Below, in pieces: positions 1 to 8,999 of a stretch of 32,000 bases of DNA. A model generated the notes under the pieces. The model ran no database searches. It was not told the origin of the DNA and was given only the letters and a program-made list of their open reading frames with translations. Origin of the DNA: an uncultured Planctomycetia bacterium (GTDB lineage: Bacteria > Omnitrophota > Gorgyraeia > Duberdicusellales > 4484-171). The translations under genes were made by a program, and so were the position numbers. Location: NCBI GenBank assembly GCA_964536865.1, contig CAZHYN010000016.1:9305-41304 (forward strand), written 5' to 3'. Each line of letters starts with the position of its first letter. Positions within the stretch are counted from its first letter, which is position 1.

Positions 1-195
1 ATTGCTAAGGTGGTGGTGGGAAAGAGGAAGAAATTCCCTTGGGAAGACAATCGTAAGTTTATCCCGATAGATATTTTAGAGATAGATATTTCCTCTTCTT
101 TGATAAGAGAATGGATTAAGAAAGGATGGTGTGTAAGATACCTTCTTCCTCCCAAAGTTTTTAATTATATAGTGAGAAGAAAACTCTATCTTTGA
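1..195 (+). CDS. nadD: Nicotinate-nucleotide adenylyltransferase, C-terminal fragment (5' end outside window)
   Basis: Frame is open from nt 1. The tail ...IDISSSLIREWIKKGWCVRYLLPPKVFNYIVRRKLY matches the conserved NadD C-terminus (ISST-IR...G.S.RYL.P..V..YI....LY). Confidence 0.7.
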   Translation: MAKVVVGKRKKFPWEDNRKFIPIDILEIDISSSLIREWIKKGWCVRYLLPPKVFNYIVRRKLYL

Positions 196-215
196 TTACG
201 AAAGAGGAGGTGACA

Positions 216-479
216 ATGTCCCGGAAGATTGATTTAGAGGGGATGAGGAAAGAGATTAAAAAATTAATTTCTGAGATAGCGGAGGTTCCTCAAGATCAGA
301 TAAAAGATGACGCGCGATTTGTTGAGGATTTAGGGATAGATAGTATGATGGCTTTAGAAATTATCGCTAGTATCGAGAAGAAATATAAGATTGTTATTCC
401 TGAAGAGAAAATTCCTACTATAAATAGCCTTAACGCTATCTACTCTTTGATAGAAGAGATTGGTACCAAAAAGAAGTGA
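216..479 (+). CDS. Acyl carrier protein (stand-alone, not in a fab cluster)
   Basis: Phosphopantetheine-attachment motif FVEDLGIDSMMALEI; 87 aa. ATG at 216 follows GAGGAGG with good spacing, so it is preferred over the TTG at 192. Confidence 0.85.
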   Translation: MSRKIDLEGMRKEIKKLISEIAEVPQDQIKDDARFVEDLGIDSMMALEIIASIEKKYKIVIPEEKIPTINSLNAIYSLIEEIGTKKK

Positions 480-662
480 ATATTCAAGAGGAGAAGAGGC
501 ATTATAGGAGTTGTGAGAATATCTATTCTACCTAATCCAGAAATTTTCTTTGGGTAAGGACGAGGTATGTATAAGAGGGAGTTAAAGAAGGAAAGTATCT
601 TGAAAGGAGTAAGAAGTTTAAAGAGAGATTTTAAGTTTTCTTTTTAAGAAAAAGGGGGAGTA

Positions 663-2054
663 ATGATAAAATTTGGTACCGACGGCTGGCGAGCAGTTAT
701 CGGAGAGGATTTTACTTTTCACAATGTAAGAGTAGTTTCTCAAGCTGTTGCTGATTATCTTAAAAAGGAGATTAAGAAACCAAAAAAAGTTATAGTTGGT
801 TACGATACAAGATTCCTTTCTAAGGAATTTGCCTTTGCTAGTGGGTTAACATTAGCAGGAAATGGGATAAGGGTAGATATCTCTAGAGAAAATATCCCTA
901 CTCCTGTAGTGAGTTTTAATGCGTGGTATAAGAATTATGATTTGGGGATCATGATTACTGCTTCGCACAATCCCTATAAATTTAATGGCTTGAAGATAAA
1001 AACTAAAGATGGAGGAGCGGCGGATAAATCTTTAACTGGTGGAATAGAAAAATTCCTATATCGGAGTAAACCTAAGACAATTTCTTTAAGAGAGGCAGAG
1101 AGAAAGGGTATTCTAAGAGTGAAGGATTTTACTCTAAACTATAAAGATTTTCTTAAGAGTTTTTTTGACATCAAGAGAATAAGTAAGTTAAAACTTAAAA
1201 TTCTAATCGATCTGATGTATGGCGCAGGCAACAGCTTTGCTCAGCAAGTAATTTCTCCCTCATCCTTAACGATAGATTACCTCCATAAGGAATTTAATCC
1301 TTACTTTGGAGGGATTCACCCTGAACCTGTGGAGGATAACTTAAAGGAGTTAATTAGAAGAGTAAAAAAGGATGGTTACGATCTAGGAGTAGCTTTGGAT
1401 GGCGATGCTGATAGAATTGCTTTGGTAGATAACAAAGGGAATTTCATAGATGCTCAATTAATCTTACCTCTTTTAGCAATTCATATGATAAAAAGTAGAA
1501 AAGAAATCGGAGGTATAGGTAAAACTGTGGTAGGAAGTAACCTAATAGATGAGGTAGCTTTATCTTTAGGAGTAAACTGCTTTGAAACCCCTGTAGGATT
1601 TAAGTTTATTTCTAATCTTTTTAAGGAGAATCTAATTTGTATAGGAGGAGAAGAAGCAGGAGGGATAGGTTTTAAAGGATATATTCCAGAAAGAGATGGC
1701 ACAGCTTCTCTCCTCATGATGTTAGAAATGATGGCTTATAAAGAGAAATCATTGTTTTCTTTAGTAAAAGAGCTTTCCAAGAAGTATGGAAAATGGTATT
1801 ATACCCGAGTATCCGTATCATTAGGAAAGTTAGCTAAAAGTATGGAGAAGTTAAAGATACCTTCTAAGCTGTTAGGGAAAAGAGTTGAGAGAGTTAATCG
1901 CCTGGATGGGATAAAACTTATTACTAAAGATAGCTGGCTTATGTTCAGGAAATCAGGAACTGAACCGATAGTAAGAATTTATGCTGAGGCAAAGACTAAA
2001 GAAGAAAGAGATAGATTAATAAGATTAGGTGAATATCTAATCCATGCTCTATAG
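663..2054 (+). CDS. Alpha-D-phosphohexomutase (phosphoglucomutase/phosphomannomutase family)
   Basis: All four family motifs are present: TASHNP (catalytic Ser), DGDADR (Mg), GEEAGG (sugar loop) and RKSGTEP (phosphate loop). GGGGGAG Shine-Dalgarno before the ATG. Confidence 0.9.
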   Translation: MIKFGTDGWRAVIGEDFTFHNVRVVSQAVADYLKKEIKKPKKVIVGYDTRFLSKEFAFASGLTLAGNGIRVDISRENIPTPVVSFNAWYKNYDLGIMITASHNPYKFNGLKIKTKDGGAADKSLTGGIEKFLYRSKPKTISLREAERKGILRVKDFTLNYKDFLKSFFDIKRISKLKLKILIDLMYGAGNSFAQQVISPSSLTIDYLHKEFNPYFGGIHPEPVEDNLKELIRRVKKDGYDLGVALDGDADRIALVDNKGNFIDAQLILPLLAIHMIKSRKEIGGIGKTVVGSNLIDEVALSLGVNCFETPVGFKFISNLFKENLICIGGEEAGGIGFKGYIPERDGTASLLMMLEMMAYKEKSLFSLVKELSKKYGKWYYTRVSVSLGKLAKSMEKLKIPSKLLGKRVERVNRLDGIKLITKDSWLMFRKSGTEPIVRIYAEAKTKEERDRLIRLGEYLIHAL

Positions 2055-2610
2055 GATACTTAGGCCGTTAGCCATTCTATTGTTTAAGCTATTCTTTCGT
2101 ATAGAGGTAGAGGGCAAAGACAAAGTTCCTAAAGAGGGGGGGTTTATTTTGGCTTCTAATCATTTAAGTTTCTTAGACCCCGTAGTGTTAGGTTTAGCAT
2201 CCCCTCGGAGGTTATATTTTTTAGCAAGGAATGATCTCTTTACCAATAAGTTATTTTCTTCTCTTATAAAAAAACTAGGTGCTGTGCCTTTAAAGAGAGA
2301 AAAGCCTGATATAACTGCTATGCGCACTGCTCTAAAAATTATTAAGAATAATTGTCCTTTGGTTATTTTTCCCCAAGGTACAAGAGGACAACTTATGAGA
2401 AGTAAGCCAGGGGTAGGATTTCTGTTTAAAAGAACACATGTTCCTATAATTACAGCAAAAATATACGGGACGGATAGGGCTCTACCGAAAGGAGCAAGGA
2501 TGATAAGATTCAAAAAGATAAAAGTTTTCTTCGATAGAATAGATAATTTAGAGGAGGAAGATGATTATCGGAAGGTCTCTCTTAAAGTCTTAGAAAAGAT
2601 AAAAGTTTAG
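2044..2610 (+). CDS. plsC: 1-acyl-sn-glycerol-3-phosphate acyltransferase
   Basis: NHLSFLDP (HX4D acyltransferase motif) and FPQGTR motif. 11-nt overlap with the upstream gene. Confidence 0.85.
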   Translation: MLYRILRPLAILLFKLFFRIEVEGKDKVPKEGGFILASNHLSFLDPVVLGLASPRRLYFLARNDLFTNKLFSSLIKKLGAVPLKREKPDITAMRTALKIIKNNCPLVIFPQGTRGQLMRSKPGVGFLFKRTHVPIITAKIYGTDRALPKGARMIRFKKIKVFFDRIDNLEEEDDYRKVSLKVLEKIKV

Positions 2611-2617
2611 TTTTTCA

Positions 2618-2646
2618 TTGACAAACAATGTTAATTAGGAGATAAT
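2618..2646 (+). promoter_or_regulatory. Sigma-70-type promoter for rpsA
   Basis: TTGACA (2618-2623), 17-nt spacer, GATAAT (2641-2646). It sits 28 nt upstream of the rpsA ATG, which has a GAAGGAGGG SD. Confidence 0.6.
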
Positions 2647-2673
2647 TTTAGAAATTTTCTGCGAAGGAGGGAG

Positions 2674-4239
2674 ATGAGTGTGGAAGGAAAATCATTAGAA
2701 TTAGAGAATGCTTACTTTGGTTCGATTAGAGAGCTTAAAGAAGGAGAGATTGTAGAGGGGAGGATTGTTGCTTTAACTCCTAGAGAAGTTATAGTAGATG
2801 TGGGGTATAAATCTGAAGGTATAATACTTCGTGAAGAGTTTGATGACATTAAAGATTTAGAAAGATTAGAGAAAGTAGAGGTTTACGTAGATAGTGTGGA
2901 AGATGAAGAGGGTAAAGTTGTTCTTTCTTATAGAAAGGCAAAAGAGGCCCGGGGCTGGGAAAAGCTTTTGAAAGACTACCAAGAAGGAGACCTTGTGGAA
3001 GGAGTAGTATCTAGGAGAGTAAAAGGTGGTTACATCGTGAATGTTTTTGGTATAGATGGGTTTTTACCTCAAAGTCTTTCTGCTTTTCGAGGAAAAGAAG
3101 ATGAAATAATTGGTGAGAAGTTCTATTTTCAGATAATTAAATTGAGTAAGTCAAAGAGTAACCTTATTCTTTCTCGCAAAGATGCCTTAAGAATAGAAAG
3201 AGAGATAGCGAGAAAAAAACTATGGGATACTCTTAAAGTAGGTCAGGTATATAAGGGTAAGGTGAAGAGTATTACTAACTTTGGAGCGTTTATAGATCTG
3301 GGAGGGGTGGATGGACTTCTGCATATTGCTGATATGAGCTGGAAAAAGATTTCTCACCCTAGCGAAGTGGTAGCAGTGGGAGATGAGATTCAAGTAATAG
3401 TTTTGGATTTCGACCGTCAAAAAGGCAAGATTTCCTTAGGGCTTAAACAAACTATGCCCGACCCTTGGTTAGAAATTGAGAAAAAGTACCCTGTAGGTTC
3501 CATAGTAAAAGGTAAAATTGTGAATATTCAAAACTACGGTATTTTCGTAGAGCTAGAGAAAGGTATTGAGGGACTTGTTCATATTAGTGAGATTTCTTGG
3601 ACAAAAAAGTTTATTAATCTTAATGAGACTTTTGCTATAGGAGATGTTATAGAAGTAAAAGTGATAGGCGTGGATTCTTCTAATAGGAAGATTTCTTTAA
3701 GTATAAGACAACTAGAGAGAGATCCTTGGGAGGAGATTGAGAATCTTGTTACTATTGATTCCCAAATGAAAGGAAGAGTTACTGGGTTTGCTGAGGGTTG
3801 CGCTTACATAGAGTTAGAAAATGGCTTAGAAGGTATAATATATAATGAAGACCTTTCTTGGACTAGACGATTCTTGAAGGCAAATGAAGTGTTAAAGAAA
3901 GGACATACCTACGATTTTAAAGTGTTAGGGTTGGATAGAAGTAATCGAAGGGTAATTTTGGGAAGAAAGCAGTTAACTTCAGACCCTTGGCCACAAATTT
4001 TACAACGTTATCCCTTAGGTAAGGTAGTAGAGGCAGAAGTAGTTAAAGTTACTAATTTTGGGGTATTCGTTAAGCTAGAGGAGGAATTAGAGGGGTTGGT
4101 TTTTTCTGGAGAAATTGATAGGGAGAGGATGAATTCTCTTAATCCCCAAGATAAACTTAAAGTTAAGGTAATAAAGATAGACCCTGCCTCAGCTAAAATT
4201 GGCCTTTCTGCCAAAGTAGATGAAGAGAAAAATAGCTGA
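2674..4239 (+). CDS. rpsA: 30S ribosomal protein S1
   Basis: 521 aa with about six tandem S1/OB repeats, showing recurring G..V.G.V..I..FGAFV.L..G..GL.HISE patterns. Confidence 0.93.
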   Translation: MSVEGKSLELENAYFGSIRELKEGEIVEGRIVALTPREVIVDVGYKSEGIILREEFDDIKDLERLEKVEVYVDSVEDEEGKVVLSYRKAKEARGWEKLLKDYQEGDLVEGVVSRRVKGGYIVNVFGIDGFLPQSLSAFRGKEDEIIGEKFYFQIIKLSKSKSNLILSRKDALRIEREIARKKLWDTLKVGQVYKGKVKSITNFGAFIDLGGVDGLLHIADMSWKKISHPSEVVAVGDEIQVIVLDFDRQKGKISLGLKQTMPDPWLEIEKKYPVGSIVKGKIVNIQNYGIFVELEKGIEGLVHISEISWTKKFINLNETFAIGDVIEVKVIGVDSSNRKISLSIRQLERDPWEEIENLVTIDSQMKGRVTGFAEGCAYIELENGLEGIIYNEDLSWTRRFLKANEVLKKGHTYDFKVLGLDRSNRRVILGRKQLTSDPWPQILQRYPLGKVVEAEVVKVTNFGVFVKLEEELEGLVFSGEIDRERMNSLNPQDKLKVKVIKIDPASAKIGLSAKVDEEKNS

Positions 4240-5431
4240 GCACCTCAAAATTATAAGAGAGGATGCTGTAGATTTAATCTCTGAAGAGGAATTAGTAAAA
4301 AAAGTTACTTATTCAATTAAATTTCAAAATCCCTTAAGGTTGAAGATTGGTTTTGACCCCACTGCCAAAGATTTACATTTAGGTCACACTGTCCTTTTAA
4401 AGAAGTTAAGAAAACTTCAAGACTTAGGCCACCACGTTTACTTTATTGTAGGAGATTTTACTGCCCAGATAGGGGATCCTTCGGGAAGAAAAGAGTTAAG
4501 ACCTGTTCTTACTATTAAGGAGATAAGAGAAAATGCTAAGACTTATACTGAACAGGCATTCAAAATTCTCCAGCGTAGAAGGACTAAAGTAATATTTAAT
4601 AGCAGTTGGTATAGAAACTTAAACTTATCTCAATTTCTTCCTCTTCTTTCCTCTTATACAGTGGCGAGGATGTTAGAGAGAGATGATTTTTCTCAAAGGT
4701 TAAAAGAGAATAGACCTCTTTCCATTTTAGAATTTATTTATCCTCTTATTCAGGGTTATGATTCAGTAAAGATAAAAGCAGATATAGAGTTTGGGGGGAC
4801 AGATCAGAAGTTTAATTTGATCGTAGGAAGACATATTCAGGAGTCTATGGGTCAGAATCCTCAGATAGTGGTAACTATGCCTCTCCTAGTGGGTCTAGAT
4901 GGCAAAAGTAAGATGTCTAAGTCATTAGGTAACTATGTAGGGATAACCGAGGAGCCTTTTCAGATGTTTGGGAAGCTAATGAGTATTTCCGATCTCACTA
5001 TGTGGGAATATTTCAGACTTCTAACCGATCTTGATATAGAAAAAATAAAGAATATGCATCCTAAAGAAGCTAAGCTCCTTTTAGCAGAAAAGATTGTCTC
5101 TGAGTACCATTCTCCTTTAGTAGCTAAGAGAACTAAGGATGAGTTTGAGAGAATTTTTTCCCGCAGAGAGACTCCCAGAGATTTACCAACATTTACTGTT
5201 TCCGAAAAAAAAGTAGATTTAGTAGAACTTCTTTATAACAGCAAACTAGTTTCTTCACGTAATCAGGCACGTCGTCTCCTTCTGCAAAAGGGGATAAGGG
5301 AGAAAGAAAAAGATGCACCCTTGGAAGATAGAATATTAGCGATCCCCCCCCAAGGTTTAATCTTAAAAGTAGGAAAGAGGAAATTCTTAAAAGTAGTATA
5401 CAAAGGAGAAGATAAAAATGAAGGAAGATAG
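4220..5431 (+). CDS. tyrS: Tyrosine--tRNA ligase
   Basis: Class I signatures HLGH and KMSKS, GDFTAQIGDPSGR, and a C-terminal S4-like domain (SRNQARRLLLQKGI). 20-nt overlap with the rpsA stop. Confidence 0.92.
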   Translation: MKRKIAEHLKIIREDAVDLISEEELVKKVTYSIKFQNPLRLKIGFDPTAKDLHLGHTVLLKKLRKLQDLGHHVYFIVGDFTAQIGDPSGRKELRPVLTIKEIRENAKTYTEQAFKILQRRRTKVIFNSSWYRNLNLSQFLPLLSSYTVARMLERDDFSQRLKENRPLSILEFIYPLIQGYDSVKIKADIEFGGTDQKFNLIVGRHIQESMGQNPQIVVTMPLLVGLDGKSKMSKSLGNYVGITEEPFQMFGKLMSISDLTMWEYFRLLTDLDIEKIKNMHPKEAKLLLAEKIVSEYHSPLVAKRTKDEFERIFSRRETPRDLPTFTVSEKKVDLVELLYNSKLVSSRNQARRLLLQKGIREKEKDAPLEDRILAIPPQGLILKVGKRKFLKVVYKGEDKNEGR

Positions 5432-5723
5432 GCGTATTTTTCATCGCATTAAAAAGGAACTACCTTTGAAAGTTAAATTTTTAGACTATCTTATTGATGG
5501 AAGAAGTTATGACTTGAGTGCAAAGGGAATAGGGATAGTTTTAAATAGGTCTCTCCCTTACAAAGAGAGAGTGGATTTATTTATCTCCTCTCCTACGATA
5601 GGGAGAGATTTGGGTTTGGAAGGATGTGTGATTTGGTGTAAGAAGTTAGACAGAGATTGCTGGCGAATAGGGATGGAGATCGATAACCTTCAACTCCTTC
5701 TTTTCTCTAAGTTATTAGGTTAG
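5418..5723 (+). CDS. Single-domain PilZ protein (c-di-GMP receptor)
   Basis: N-terminal RRIFHR (RxxxR) and DLSAKGIG (D/NxSxxG) motifs in a 101-aa protein. 14-nt overlap with tyrS. Confidence 0.75.
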   Translation: MKEDRRIFHRIKKELPLKVKFLDYLIDGRSYDLSAKGIGIVLNRSLPYKERVDLFISSPTIGRDLGLEGCVIWCKKLDRDCWRIGMEIDNLQLLLFSKLLG

Positions 5724-5745
5724 ATTAACTCACTTAGAGATCTTA

Positions 5746-5774
5746 TTGCAAATTAATGCAAAATATGTTAAATT
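5746..5774 (+). promoter_or_regulatory. Candidate extended -10 promoter for the ABC/glycosidase unit, overlapping a TTGCA-N6-TGCAA inverted repeat
   Basis: TTGCAA (5746-5751), 17-nt spacer ending in TGt, then TAAATT (5769-5774). Inverted repeat TTGCA/TGCAA lies at 5746-5761. Confidence 0.35.
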
Positions 5775-5798
5775 AAACTCCCTATAAGGAGGTAAGTT

Positions 5799-7091
5799 AT
5801 GTACGTTAAAAGGATGCTAAAAGTTGTTCTTTTTTTCATCCTAGTTTCTGTTGCAGGAAGCTGTATAAAAAGAGAAAAGATTCCTCACCTAGTTATCTGG
5901 CATTGGATGGTTGATCGTCAGAGTGCTTTTCAAGCTCTGGCTGAAAAGTATGAGTCTGAAACAGGGGTAAAAGTAGATTTTAAATTGTTTTTCCCTCCAG
6001 ATATTTACTCCCAGAAGGTGATTGCTGCTGCTCGTGCGGGAAATCTTCCTGATATATTTGGTATTCTGGGGGAGAAGAGAATGTTAGCTTCTTTTGTAAA
6101 AGCAGGACATATTTTAGACTTAACTCCTTCGATGAAAGAGGATAGTGATGCTTGGGGGAAAAGATTTTATCCCCAGACTTTAAGGATAGTTAGTTTCCCT
6201 CCTAATAATATCTATCAGGTTCCTTCAGGCATCTACGGTGTTCCCATCGATACTACTGTTTTGCAATTTCTCTATAACAAAAGCCTGTTTCGAGAAGCAG
6301 GATTAGACCCTCAATCTCCTCCCAAGAGTTTTGGTGATCTTATAAGTTATGCTCAGCAGACAAAGAGTAAATTAGGTATTGATGGATTTGTATGTGGATG
6401 GGCAGAATCATGGCTTCTTAATGCTTTGGCTACAGAATGGGCGATAAATTTAATGGGGGAGGAGAAGTTTTTAAAGACCCTGAAAGGAGACGTCTCTTAT
6501 ACAGATGAGGATTGGATAAAAGTTTTTTCTCTGTTTGCTAAGTTGAAAGAATCAGGAATTTTAGCTCCTAATATAACTACAATGACCAATAAAGAAGCAG
6601 AAGATGCTTTTGCTAAAAGTAAAGCTGTTTTCTCTTTTAATGGTAGTTGGGCAGTTAATGTGTATAGGCAGTTAAATCCTAAGTTGGAGTATGCCTTCTT
6701 CCCTCTTCCTCAAGTTTCCTCAAGTTTCCCTATTAAAGTGTGGGGAGGAGCAGGTTCCTCTTTTATGGTTAATGCTCATTCTCCTTATAAGGATAAAGCA
6801 GTTAAGTTCCTAAAGTGGCTTACCTTGCCAGAGCAGCAGAAGTTCCTAATCGAAGCAACCAATAACCTTCCTGCGATTAAGGGATGTGAGGATAGTTTAC
6901 CTCCTTTGCTTAAGAGTCTAACTGAGAGCTTTGCTATTCTTACTCACCCTGATATTTGGCCTTACAATGAGGATTCTCGAGTTATCGAGGTAATGAATAG
7001 AGGTCTTCAGCAGATCGTTATGGGGTTAAAGACTCCCCTTGAGGTGGCTAAGGAGATTCAGACTACAAAAGAGAGATTATCACAGAGATGA
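5799..7091 (+). CDS. ABC transporter substrate-binding lipoprotein (CUT1 sugar family)
   Basis: Signal peptide with lipobox VAGSC. Size and general sequence character fit family-1 extracellular solute-binding proteins. It is followed by two MalF/MalG-type permeases. Confidence 0.8.
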   Translation: MYVKRMLKVVLFFILVSVAGSCIKREKIPHLVIWHWMVDRQSAFQALAEKYESETGVKVDFKLFFPPDIYSQKVIAAARAGNLPDIFGILGEKRMLASFVKAGHILDLTPSMKEDSDAWGKRFYPQTLRIVSFPPNNIYQVPSGIYGVPIDTTVLQFLYNKSLFREAGLDPQSPPKSFGDLISYAQQTKSKLGIDGFVCGWAESWLLNALATEWAINLMGEEKFLKTLKGDVSYTDEDWIKVFSLFAKLKESGILAPNITTMTNKEAEDAFAKSKAVFSFNGSWAVNVYRQLNPKLEYAFFPLPQVSSSFPIKVWGGAGSSFMVNAHSPYKDKAVKFLKWLTLPEQQKFLIEATNNLPAIKGCEDSLPPLLKSLTESFAILTHPDIWPYNEDSRVIEVMNRGLQQIVMGLKTPLEVAKEIQTTKERLSQR

Positions 7092-7984
7092 AAAGATGGT
7101 CTTGGGATAGATTTCAGAATTTCTCTTTTATTTTCCCAGCTCTTGTTATATTTTCTATCTTTTATATTTACCCTTTTTTCTATACGTTTGTTCTTAGTTT
7201 TCAAGATTACGATTTTATCTCTACGCCAAAATTTATTGGTTTCAGCAATTTCCGTGAAGTTCTTACTGATAGAGAATGGTGGTCATCAATGTATAATGGA
7301 GCTTTTATTACCTTGTGGGCTTTAACTTTTCAGAATATTTTAGCATTTATGCTTGCTTTAGGGGTAGATAGAGTCATAAGGATGAATAAATTTTACCGAG
7401 TAGTATTTTTTATGTTACCTATTCTCTCAGAGATTATAATCGGCTTGCTTATGAAGCAACTTTTGAGTTCCGAACCTTTAGGTAGAGATATATTCAACCG
7501 CTGGATAACCAATTTAGGTTTAGGATTTTTTGCTCAAGACTGGTTAGGATCTCAGCGGGTAAGATTAGTTACTGCTTTGGTGCACTGCTGGAAAGGATTT
7601 GGCTGGGCATTTGTAATTTTCTTAGCGGGCCTTCAAAATGTTCCTCAACAGCTTTATGAAGCTGCCCGTATAGATGGAGCGAATGCCTGGCAGGTTTTTA
7701 GAAAAATTACTTTACCTTTACTTACTCCCGTAATTGCTCTGGTATTGGTTCTTACCATCTTGGGGACAATGCAAGCTTTTGCTATGATTCTTGCTTTAAC
7801 TGGAGGAGCAGGAGGATTAACTGAAGTTCCTGTTATGAGAATTTATAATCATTTAAGGTTTAGGTTAGCAGGATTAGCTTGTGCCGAGGGGGTAATTCTA
7901 GGTTTAATTTTAATAGTAGTTTCCTTCGGGATGTTTTTTATATCTAAGAAGATAAGAGAGAAATATGGGGTATTACCGAGCTAA
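7088..7984 (+). CDS. ABC sugar transporter permease (MalF/UgpA-like)
   Basis: Multi-pass membrane protein with EAA loop YEAARIDGANAWQVFRKITLPLL. ATGA overlap with the SBP gene. Confidence 0.88.
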   Translation: MKRWSWDRFQNFSFIFPALVIFSIFYIYPFFYTFVLSFQDYDFISTPKFIGFSNFREVLTDREWWSSMYNGAFITLWALTFQNILAFMLALGVDRVIRMNKFYRVVFFMLPILSEIIIGLLMKQLLSSEPLGRDIFNRWITNLGLGFFAQDWLGSQRVRLVTALVHCWKGFGWAFVIFLAGLQNVPQQLYEAARIDGANAWQVFRKITLPLLTPVIALVLVLTILGTMQAFAMILALTGGAGGLTEVPVMRIYNHLRFRLAGLACAEGVILGLILIVVSFGMFFISKKIREKYGVLPS

Positions 7985-8999
7985 GAAGATATTTATTTTA
8001 GTGCTTATTCATACCTTTCTTATGAGTGTGGCATTAAGCTGTCTCCTTCCTTTCTTCTGGATGGTTAATGTTTCCTTTAAGAGTCAAGAAGAATTTGATA
8101 AGGGTTATGTGGCTAAAAAAGCATTTTCTCCTCAACAGCTGGAAGAATTACTTGCAGATAAGATAGTGAAGGAAGCTAAATTTAACCGTAAGTTTCTAAT
8201 CTGGAATATTTCCACTGAAGATATGTTGATGGTGAAGTTGGCTCAGTCCAGAGTAGAAGATAGAGATAAAATCTTAAAAATATGGAGAAGAACTCGGGAC
8301 TATGGATTAAAGCCCCCTCTAAGTTTAAACTTGAGTAACTATAAAGAGGTTATATTCAGAGAGAAGTTTTGGTGTTACTTCTTAAATAGTGTTTTTTACA
8401 CTTTTGTTACTGTATGTTCTATCGTAATTATTTCTTCCCTTGCTGCTTATGCCTTTTCTCGTTTACACTTTCCCGGCAGAAACGTTATATTCTATATGTT
8501 CCTGGCAGCAATGATGATTCCTCTTCCTGCAGGTTTTGTTCCTGTATACGTACTGTTGAATAAATTTCATCTAGTAAACAGGACAGGGTATGTTTTGGCA
8601 ATGACCAACGTAGGTCTTTCTCTAAGTATCTATCTTTTAAAGACTTTTTTTGATCAGCTTCCTAAAGATTTAGAAGATGCTGCACGAATCGATGGATGCA
8701 ATAAACTCAGGATTTGGTGGAATGTTGGGTTACCTTTGGTAGCTCCCGCTTTAGGCGTAGTGATAATATTTAACGCTTTGAATGTATGGAATGAATTTGT
8801 ATTAGCTTCCCTTATGTTTACCGCTGAGGAGCTAATGCCTTTACAGGTAGGGTTGATGGAGTTTTCCAATCGCATGGTTACTCAACATACCTTAATTGCT
8901 TCTGCTCTAACAGTAGCTGCCTTACCTATAATTCTTCTCTATTTAAGACTTCAGAGGCAGTTTATTAAAGGCCTTACTGCGGGAGCAATGGTAGGATGA
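7965..8999 (+). CDS. ABC sugar transporter permease (MalG/UgpE-like) with an enlarged first periplasmic loop
   Basis: EAA loop EDAARIDGCNKLRIWWNVGLPLV. A charged insert of about 95 aa lies between TM1 and TM2. Confidence 0.85.
   Translation: MGYYRAKKIFILVLIHTFLMSVALSCLLPFFWMVNVSFKSQEEFDKGYVAKKAFSPQQLEELLADKIVKEAKFNRKFLIWNISTEDMLMVKLAQSRVEDRDKILKIWRRTRDYGLKPPLSLNLSNYKEVIFREKFWCYFLNSVFYTFVTVCSIVIISSLAAYAFSRLHFPGRNVIFYMFLAAMMIPLPAGFVPVYVLLNKFHLVNRTGYVLAMTNVGLSLSIYLLKTFFDQLPKDLEDAARIDGCNKLRIWWNVGLPLVAPALGVVIIFNALNVWNEFVLASLMFTAEELMPLQVGLMEFSNRMVTQHTLIASALTVAALPIILLYLRLQRQFIKGLTAGAMVG

Noticed and set aside
192-215. Upstream alternative starts given by the ORF track: TTG 192 for ACP, TTG 30379 for yqeY, TTG 31609 for the RRM gene and GTG 27047 for the second dual-receiver gene.
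   Set aside because: For ACP, the RRM gene and the second dual-receiver gene, an in-frame ATG with a properly spaced GGAGG-type SD lies downstream. For yqeY, which has no SD, the downstream ATG at 30415 is supported by promoter geometry and by the family-typical N-terminus and length. The extensions add residues atypical for the families.
567-647. A 26-aa basic mini-ORF (MYKRELKKESILKGVRSLKRDFKFSF) in the 183-nt ACP-phosphohexomutase spacer, with an AAGGA 6 nt upstream.
   Set aside because: It has no recognisable motif, is very short, and has lysine-rich composition as expected from A-rich non-coding DNA. It cannot be supported without conservation or ribosome-profiling data.
5746-5761. The TTGCA-N6-TGCAA inverted repeat, as a LacI-type operator for the sugar locus.
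   Set aside because: The arms are only 5 bp, and no LacI/ROK/GntR regulator gene is present in the locus. It is kept only as a note within the low-confidence promoter feature.
7143-7325. A + strand 60-aa ORF inside the permease gene, and a similar one at 23678-23872 inside the ATP-grasp gene.
   Set aside because: These are alternative frames of well-supported genes. They have no SD and no motifs.
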